This document shows, one piece after another, positions 55,071-64,000 of a stretch of DNA of 64,000 nt (its first letter is position 1; every line of letters begins with the position of its first letter). Source of the stretch: Chrysomallon squamiferum (Eukaryota > Animalia > Mollusca). The stretch covers positions 10,354,001 through 10,418,000 of the forward strand of contig CM022679.1 of assembly GCA_012295275.1 (NCBI GenBank), written 5' to 3'. The notes below the pieces were generated by a model. The model was not told the origin of the DNA. It worked only from the letters and a program-made list of their open reading frames with translations, and did not search any database. The position numbers were made by a program, and so were the translations under genes.

Positions 55071-56684
55071 CTTTTCTTTATTTGCAATCCGTCGTTTGCA
55101 GGGAATTAATTACATGTAGCAGTAAAAAAAAAAAAAAGAAATATCCTCGCCAGTTTGTTTCCAGCGAGTCGTTGATTTGTTTCATTAAAAAGTAGAGCAA
55201 ATGTATTTTAGTCTAAATGACTCAATTTTTGAATTACTGAATTATCGGAGTTAAATGAAAGAAATGGGGCAATCAGTATAAAAAAGAGAAAGACATGTCC
55301 AATATAGGCAGTGAATGGTTTAAGACAAGATGGGTTGAAGATCTTTTGAAAATCGTCTGAATGTGATAATCGGAGCCAGCTGAACGAAAAAGAGAACAAA
55401 TTATATTCTGGGACAAGAACCAGAAGATCAAAACAGTATTCTAGATAAATAATGATGACGATGTTAATGATAAATAAATAAAAAGTAGTAAAAGAAAATG
55501 TCGAAGAAGAATAACACTACAGCAAAAAAAAACCCAATAACAATAATGATAATGATGTCAAATGATAATGATGATGATAATAACAATAATAATAATGACG
55601 GTACAAGAACAAAATCAATAAATTCAGTAATGACAACAACCAAAACAGCAGCAACAATAAAACAACAACAACAACAACAAAAACAACTGCAGCAGCAGCA
55701 GCAAGAAGAAGAAGAAGAAGATAAAGATTTTGTGTTAACTAAAACAACTTGAAGTAATCTAGCTATTCACGTGCTGAACATAACGTACTGAATGAGAATT
55801 CAGTGTACGCAAATAGTTCTCTAAGTCAGACTTTACAAAGAATGATGCATCTTTTCCACAAGTGATCTCAAATTGCTTGAAAGCTTTCAGAGAACATTAA
55901 TTTTAGTGTTAAAACCATGATCAATCATGTTTTATTGCATAAAGCTTTATGGCAAACCAGAGTAAAAAAAAAAAATTAAAGAAACAAAGTACACTTTTTA
56001 TGCCACTATCTCGAATTTTATGATTTGAAAAGAATGATGCTAATAGAATTAGCCTAGGTGGGAGAAGAGAGGGTTTTTAAACGCACACACACTCAGATAC
56101 ATACACACATACACTCAGACATACACACACAGATATACGATACGCTTAGAAATGACGGAACTGTTCCGTTCCAGCCAATATTTAACTGGTTAGAAAAGGA
56201 AAAGTTTAATTTGGTGATTAGAAAACATTCTGGAAGATACCAACGGAAAAAAAGAAAAAGAAAAAGAAAAAGAAAAATGATAATAACATATCGCTTTTGA
56301 AACTGTTAAAGATCTTTTTGGCCACATTAGCTAGTATCAGTTATTGACCGTTATTGGTTTCAAAAAGTTATGGTATATGATTACCTGCTTGGTATGTAAT
56401 CAGTCTACTTATGTATAATAATTTGGGATAAATCCGTTGACAATATTATTTATAATTAAAAAAATATGAAATGATAAAATTAAGATAAGAAAATAACTGA
56501 ACAAAGGGAATTTTGGAGTTTTTATTTCGATTTAAAAAAGATGGAGGTTGCAAGCTGCTGTACTGGGTTTAACTAATCTATTTTTTTGCCATTTCTCGCC
56601 CGGTCTAGTTCTATAATCATATAGAATATGGATAAATAATTAAATAACTGTATATGAAACTTTAGGTATACTCAGCGGACGCAT

Positions 56685-56801
<117 letters not shown>

Positions 56802-57444
56802 ATAAACACCCACCTGATGGAGTAGGTGAAAGTCAGAGAACGAAATAAAAGAAGATTAATATGTTAATTTGCCTGTTCACATTTACCATACAACATACGG
56901 CTCGTTTGTAACGAATCTTTATGAGTGAAATCATTTTTAGGTCATTGCTAGGAATATTGATAACGTTTTGAAATAACGGAGAACACACAGAAGACGTTCG
57001 CAGTTTTAATGAACGACTGTTTGCAGCTATTTTAAGAGTTATTAAAACGCAAGCATACTGTTGTTGTCCCTTTGAAAAATCTCTTTTTAATGCTCAGGCT
57101 GGTTGTTCGCCAAGAACTCTGTTGATTTAGGCATAATATTCAAATCTAGTCTGATGTTTGGAAATTCACCATGTTATCTTGTTTTCCGACAGTTAGGTTG
57201 TCTGTTCTGTGTACAAATGAGGTTTCACTCCAGAAGATTTTCGGTTTTTGTCTTGATAAAAAAAAAAGCTTGAAAATTTGAAATTCAAATCATTTGCTGA
57301 AATTTTATATGTTGAAATATGTCATGAAGTAGTTTATTCTTAACTGAAACATGTATTATCGTTATTTATTTATTTAATTTGAAATATGTGAAATGAAGTA
57401 CCAGACATGACTATAAAATGTTTTCTGACTAATATTTTATATTA

Positions 57445-57495
<51 letters not shown>

Positions 57496-58562
57496 GATAG
57501 AGAAAATATTTAAAGGGAATGTTCTCGGCAATGATAAAATGACGTCATTTGCACGCACTGCGTATGCAGGAAGAAGCTGTATCCTGAATGCTACACACAT
57601 TCATACCTACCTGCATACATACATACGAACATACATGCCTAAACACAAACATGCATACGTACGTGCGTACGTACACACATTACAGATGCATACAAACACA
57701 CACGTTCCTATCAACCTACCTATCTACCTACCTGCCTATATACATTCATATATATGTACATACATACATACACACATACATACATAAACACATACAGACA
57801 AACGCATACCTATACTGATGCACGCACACAAACACACCCACATACATATCTAACAAGTCAACACCGTGAACACTGTACTGTGCCTGCAGCTAAAACAAAC
57901 TCAACACATTTCCTGAAACTGCAATTCAACCAGACTCTGTTGTTGTTCTCTCTGCTGAAGACGTCGTCGAATTCGTCGATGTTTGTACTTTACATCTGAC
58001 GTGTTTCTTTGTGCCACGTCGTTGCAACGCGTCACTCGAACACTGGCTTCGACATAACCAGTCCCGTTACAGCGTCTGGAGTCCATTGTGAGAACAGTTT
58101 TAATTATCAGCTACAAGTGAAGTGCTTGTTAGAAAGGCTCCTCGAGTAGAAATCACAAGACGGAGCGTCTGTCAAAAGCTTCTAACGCTGAAGTGCTGGA
58201 TTCCGGATGCGACGTTTCTGTACCATCTCCGTTACTGAATGTTGAGATGCGTGAATGCGTGAATGGGTGAATATGCTTTAATTTGTTAATGAGTGTGGGA
58301 GAGACGAAGAGTTAAAATTGTATGTATGCATTTTTTATTTATTTATTTATTTTATTGTGTACACAGTTGTTATATGCTAATATATATATAATTTATTTAT
58401 TTATTTATTTATTGGGTATAATCATAAGAACTTTCATTTAGTTATATTTAAAAAATGATTTATTTGGACTTTGAGCACGGAAACCCATTTTGGCCTTTCA
58501 ATGTCTTGTGCAGATAGGAAAAATATCTTAAATGTCAGGGAAGATAAGTTGAAATTTTTGCA

Positions 58563-59206
58563 GACTGATCAAGACAGTATACATATCAGATGACTGAGCT
58601 TATCATAGCGAGAATCTCTATTAGTTGATGATCAAGCTGGTATACTTATTTGTTGACTGATCATCTTATCAAGTTAGTATGCGTATGAGCTGTCTGACTC
58701 TCTGATCAAGTTTGTACGTGTATTAGCAAACTGACATTCTGATCAAGCTACTATACATGTTATTAAGCTGACCATCTAATAATACAGTTATATGAATTAG
58801 TAGCCTGATCGTCTAATCAGACTTGAATATTTATTAAATGACTGACTATCTGATCAAGCTAGTATACGGATTAGTTAATTTTATATACATATTGGTTAAT
58901 TTATCACCAGTTCAAGCTAGTATGCAACATATTAGTTATTTTACCATTTGATCAAGCTAGTATACGTATTAGTTATTTTACCATTTGATCAAGCTAGCAT
59001 ATGTATTAGTTATTTTACCATTTGATCAAGCTAGTATACATATTAGTTAATTTACCATTTGATCAAGCTAGTATACGTATTAGTTAATTTACCATTTGAT
59101 CAAGCTAGTATACGTATTAGTTAATTTACCATTTGATCAAGCTAGTATACGTATTAGTTAATTTACCATTTAATCAAGCTAGTATACATATCTGTTAATT
59201 TACCAT
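58563..59206. repeat. 37-bp minisatellite (CCATTTGATCAAGCTAGTATACGTATTAGTTA(A/T)TTTA)
   Basis: About 7 near-identical units at 58944-59206, with degenerate tgatcaag units to the left. Confidence 0.92.
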
Positions 59207-59668
59207 CAGACCATTATAGGTATACTTATTAGATAGTTCGATGAACTACAGTTGTTATTAGTGTTTTCTATGGGTGTTTTTTTAATGTTGTTGTTGTTGT
59301 TATTATTAATATTCTTATTTTCGTCTCCTGTAATGCGTCACCTGAGAGAATTAATTCCGTGTCGTGCAACCTCTGAGTTACCTGTTTGTTTTGTGCGGAC
59401 GATATTCTCGTCTCATCCACTTTGCAAAGCGTAATTTAGCCAACAATCAATTAGTGATGTATGAAAGCAAGTTTCCTAAAACAGCCTGCGGCACTGTTTA
59501 CACCTGGCGCTTTCCCACCTGATAGGTTTGTTTAATTACTGCGTGCAACTCGACAAATGGCAGTTCCATTGATAACACAGGTAAATGGTAACCTCTAGAA
59601 AACATTATGATAATTAATTACCCGGTCATTGATTTTTTTTTTCTAACTATCAAAAGTACACAATTACG

Positions 59669-59870
59669 GCCTATTTCCCGGCCCCAGGCTGTAATTGTTT
59701 AATGTGTTGTGGAAAGACCGTGGTACGTACTTTCATGTCTGTGACAAAATGCGTGTAAAAAGGTCAGTGTCGACTGATAAGAGCGGTTATATCATCAGTG
59801 TGACTTGCATGTTCCGTTACGAAACCGTTAATAATAAAATGTATATTAAAACTAATGTTTTCGCTTTATT
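59669..59870 (+). mobile_element. Degenerate Meta/MESC-type SINE fragment
   Basis: aaagaccgtggtacgtactttcatgtctgtgacaaaatgcgtgtaaaa resembles the family aaaggccgtggtatgtgctatcctgtctgtggg...gcatataaaa. Confidence 0.45.
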
Positions 59871-61489
59871 TAAACCATTGCAATATGTGTTTGCAGGTAA
59901 ACAAGTTCGCCTCAGTAGGCGATCGTATTGACGTTTGTGAGGTTATGAGTGGACTTTGTTCTCCTATGCCAATACGTTCCAGAATTTTGCCTGTATGTAG
60001 AGTCTAATCAACGCATATAAGACAACATAAAACACACACAATGTAGATAGACAGAGAGAAGCACATCCACGGACATATTTTCAACACTTAAACTTTTCGT
60101 TTTTTATATTACGACACTGAGAGAAAGCTGTTATTTAAGATCTCTGTCTTGGAAATCAGTACAGGATTTGTATGATACGATCAAAACACGAGTGATGCAT
60201 GTTTTAAAGAATCCGCTGCCAAGAAAGAGTCGATCTTCTGCCTTCTCACTTCTGACCCCGAGAGCCCACATAGGGACGCGATCACAGCTGGTTCCAGACT
60301 GAAGATTAATGGTTTAAGCACAGGACGATCAGAACAATTCTCTTGACGTCTGTACAACAGTTATTATGTATCCAAGTACAACTGTACATGCACTCAAATG
60401 AACCAAAGATAATAAACGATAATGTTTTTATTTGATTACCTTAAGCACTATAAGAAAATGACAGTTAACCATTAACTGTGGGTTTTCAGAGAGCTTTTAA
60501 ATAATTTTTTGTTTTGTTTTATTACTATGTCATAGACTAAAAAAGCAAAAACAAGACAAATTTTTATAAATCAAATATTAATATTTTTTTTTTTAACGAT
60601 TATAGTTATTATTTAGCACGCGTGAGGTACGTTATACAGCAGAATTACGTGACTATCGTAATACTAAATGCTTATATATTACACAAGAATCTGGACGTTA
60701 TAGCTGTGAGCTAGACCATTTCGGCAACCAAACATCTACTTTACCCTCATCCCAAGCGACAAAATATCCTATTACTCTGCTAAAAAAACAAAAAAACAAA
60801 CAAAAAAAAACAACAAAAAAATAACGACCTCACGTACCTTGGTAAAAAACACACAAAAAAACAACCTTGTTTTGATTTTAACATAATATTTCTCCTCTGG
60901 TCGCTGCACACACTCGCTATCTCTCTCTCCCCGAGGTTCTGGAATGCATTTTAGAATCATTATCTCAATAACAGCTCATGTGATGATTTTTTAGCAGTGC
61001 TGCGGCAATCATTTTCAATTATTGGCCGAAATGTTATTAAGTTCGACGGAGGCACCAGCAGGAAACTGGCGTTTAATGTCCGTGCTCTGAGGACGCGGGG
61101 AAAACCCGCAGAGAGCTCCCGGGGAAGCCCGTGGTCTCCAGAACTTTCTGTGTATTTCAAGGCAGAAAGTGTCCCATGCAATTACATCTCTCTTTCTTTA
61201 AATTACTCAGGGTTTATTAATTTGGTACGGCGGTTGGGAACAACCTGTTTGATTATAATCGTTGGCATGATGATTAATGACAGTACAGGCAGAAACAAAA
61301 AAAAAAAAAAAAAAAAAAACTAGGTTCGGACAAAGGAATGTTTAAGTTCAAAGGTCTTGCAAACTGTTACAAGATACTGAACAAAAAAAGTTGTGTTCAC
61401 TAATTATACATTCACCACACTTATTCCAGAATAATGAAAAAAAAACAATAATTACTACAGCTACTCTTTTACCTTCGCAATCCACACCT

Positions 61490-61715
61490 ATTAATAATAT
61501 TACTGCTGCAACTACTACCACAACTACCACTACCACCAACACCACCACCACCGCTGATGTTGCAACCACCACTACTGTAACTATCACAGCAACAACCTCC
61601 ACCACCACCACCACTTCTACTACTACTGCGACCATTACTACCACCACTACTGCTGCAACTACTATTTATACTAATACTGCTACTATTACTACTGTTTCAA
61701 ACAAAACTACTGCAC
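61490..61715. repeat. (ACT/ACC)n low-complexity tract
   Basis: Directly visible; source of the poly-Thr/poly-Val ORFs. Confidence 0.85.
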
Positions 61716-62035
61716 CGGTAAATCATTTGCAACAATTACTGTTATTACAGTCGCAAGATCTGCGGCTGATAATATTAATTTGTTGTCAGATTTGACAAGT
61801 TATCCACGGGCCCTCCAAAAATCGTTTTTCTAAACACGAAGTAAACAATACTTATAACTCATTTTTGTGTGCAGTGTCACATGAAATATCGTGCGAGAAA
61901 AAATATTGAAATCGAAATCCGCACCCACATATTAAGTCTGATTACCCAGTTGAAACTTATTGAACTGGAGTTTGTGAGTAAAAAAAAAAAAAAAAGAAGT
62001 TAATTTTCAATGCTAAATAAATTATATATATGTCA

Positions 62036-62119
<84 letters not shown>

Positions 62120-62216
62120 GCGTGAGAGAGAGAGATCGATTGAATCCATGTGACTATATATCAATCCTTCCATCAGTTCGTCCTTCCGTTTATCATTCCC
62201 CTATCCAACTATCTAC

Positions 62217-62311
<95 letters not shown>

Positions 62312-62859
62312 CCAATCTATCTATATATCTATCGAGAGACACTGAGGAAATCCGGTAATAACATATCCTTCGAATATTTGTTTATGTTCAATAACACGTA
62401 TCATTAATACGCTTGCTTATCTGAAAATAATATTCAGTCGATACTAACATGCTTATGAATCATTTTATTATCACTGTAATTCTGCACTGTCATTAGAGCG
62501 ATTTAATATCAATACTCAACGATACCTGTACTTTTTTTTTTTCAAAGGATATTTTTGTCTTACAAAACAAGTTAATGAAACAAATTGATATTTAGTGCTT
62601 CAGATGAAATGTTAACTTGCTCTGTTTAACAATTGATCTGTTTGTAAGTCAATTAATGTACAGAGAAAAAAAAAAAAAAAAAAAAAAAACGATTGGATTA
62701 AAATAGAGCAGGAAATCAACAAATAAGTGAGATTATAAGATTAATAATGACAGTACTTTGGGGATATTTCTTCTAATTTTCTAATAGTGCATTCACCTGA
62801 AATAAATCGTACGTGAAATGAAAACGATAAAATAAAATAATGTTTCTTTTAGGATAATG

Positions 62860-62948
<89 letters not shown>

Positions 62949-63324
62949 AAGAAGAAGAAAAAAAAAAAAAAAGAAGATAAAAACAGTAATACCAACAAAA
63001 AATAAATAAATAAATACATTTTTATAATGAAAGAAAGATTATTATAAATGTAACAAAATGAAAACATTCAAATAAAAACATATAAATTATGGCCTGTCAA
63101 ACAACAACACAATAGGTATGACCATAACATGCTGTTGCTTTTGTTACATACTTCTGCGATTGCATTTACACCTACTGTAGTGACAACTACAGCTACTACT
63201 ATTACTACCAGAATGTACCGAGGGACTATCAGTATTATTTCGGTTTCAATATTAGAATATTTCATTGTTTGTAGTCAACCTGTATGTAACTGGATTCAGA
63301 TAGACTTTTTTTTTTTCTCTTGAG

Positions 63325-63570
63325 AATAACGCTAAAAATATTGTTTCACAGTAACGCTTAACAGTGTTTTACAATAATAAAACACTATTTCATAGTAACG
63401 TTAACACTAAAACTGACAGTGACGCTAATGCTGCTTCACTGTAATGCTTAACACTGTTTCATAGTAACGCTAAGATTGCTTCACTGTAATACTAAAATTT
63501 CACAGCAATGCTAACACTTTTACAGTAATGCTAAGCACTGTTTCACAGTAGTACTAAAAGAGTTTCGCTG
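63325..63570. repeat. Degenerate ~24-bp minisatellite (TTTCACAGTAACGCTAACACTG)
   Basis: Repeated cagtaa(c/t)gctaa units. Confidence 0.7.
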
Positions 63571-63744
63571 CATGCTTTTATTTACAACTTACCTCATTTA
63601 AACCACCGCCATTTAATACCATGTGACAGTATAAATATTTATAAGGGAGACAACGCTGGAGGGAAAATGTACTTGAGATTTTATAATATTTATAAGAGAG
63701 ATAGATCTAGATTGATAGTGTGAGAGTATAATTATAATTGTAAT

Positions 63745-63858
<114 letters not shown>

Positions 63859-64000
63859 AGAACATACGTTTGCTCTACAAAACATATGTAAAAAAGAAAA
63901 AAAAAAAAAAAAAAAAAAAAAAGGTAAATTTGTTATGTACTGACAGGATGTACCAAACGTACACAAATTCAACTAAACGTTTCTGCTATTAACAAGCGAA

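Overview
AT-rich, microsatellite-dense animal genomic DNA, most likely a mollusc (inferred from degenerate Meta/MESC-type SINE copies; the species cannot be fixed from sequence alone). Only one coding exon is recognisable: the first coding exon of a T-type voltage-gated calcium channel alpha-1 subunit (Cav3, CACNA1G/H/I family) on the minus strand at 23960-23698. It ends in a minor-spliceosome (U12-type, AT-AC) donor, ATATCCTTTTT. Bases 23697-1 appear to lie inside that intron (at least 23.7 kb; no exon 2 seen) and are strongly CpG-depleted, whereas about 24.2-64 kb is a CpG-retaining gene desert with GC-richer enhancer-like patches, SINE/MITE relics, minisatellites and long (AG)n tracts. The most notable signals are: a chain of three stop-start-overlapping uORFs just before the Cav3 ATG; a 27-bp minisatellite made of heat-shock elements about 850 bp upstream of an orphan TATA/Inr promoter on the plus strand; repeated full CRE sites; a strong CTCF motif; and two locally templated duplications. 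Nearly all other ORFs in the supplied track are translations of simple repeats. All regulatory calls are motif-based inferences.
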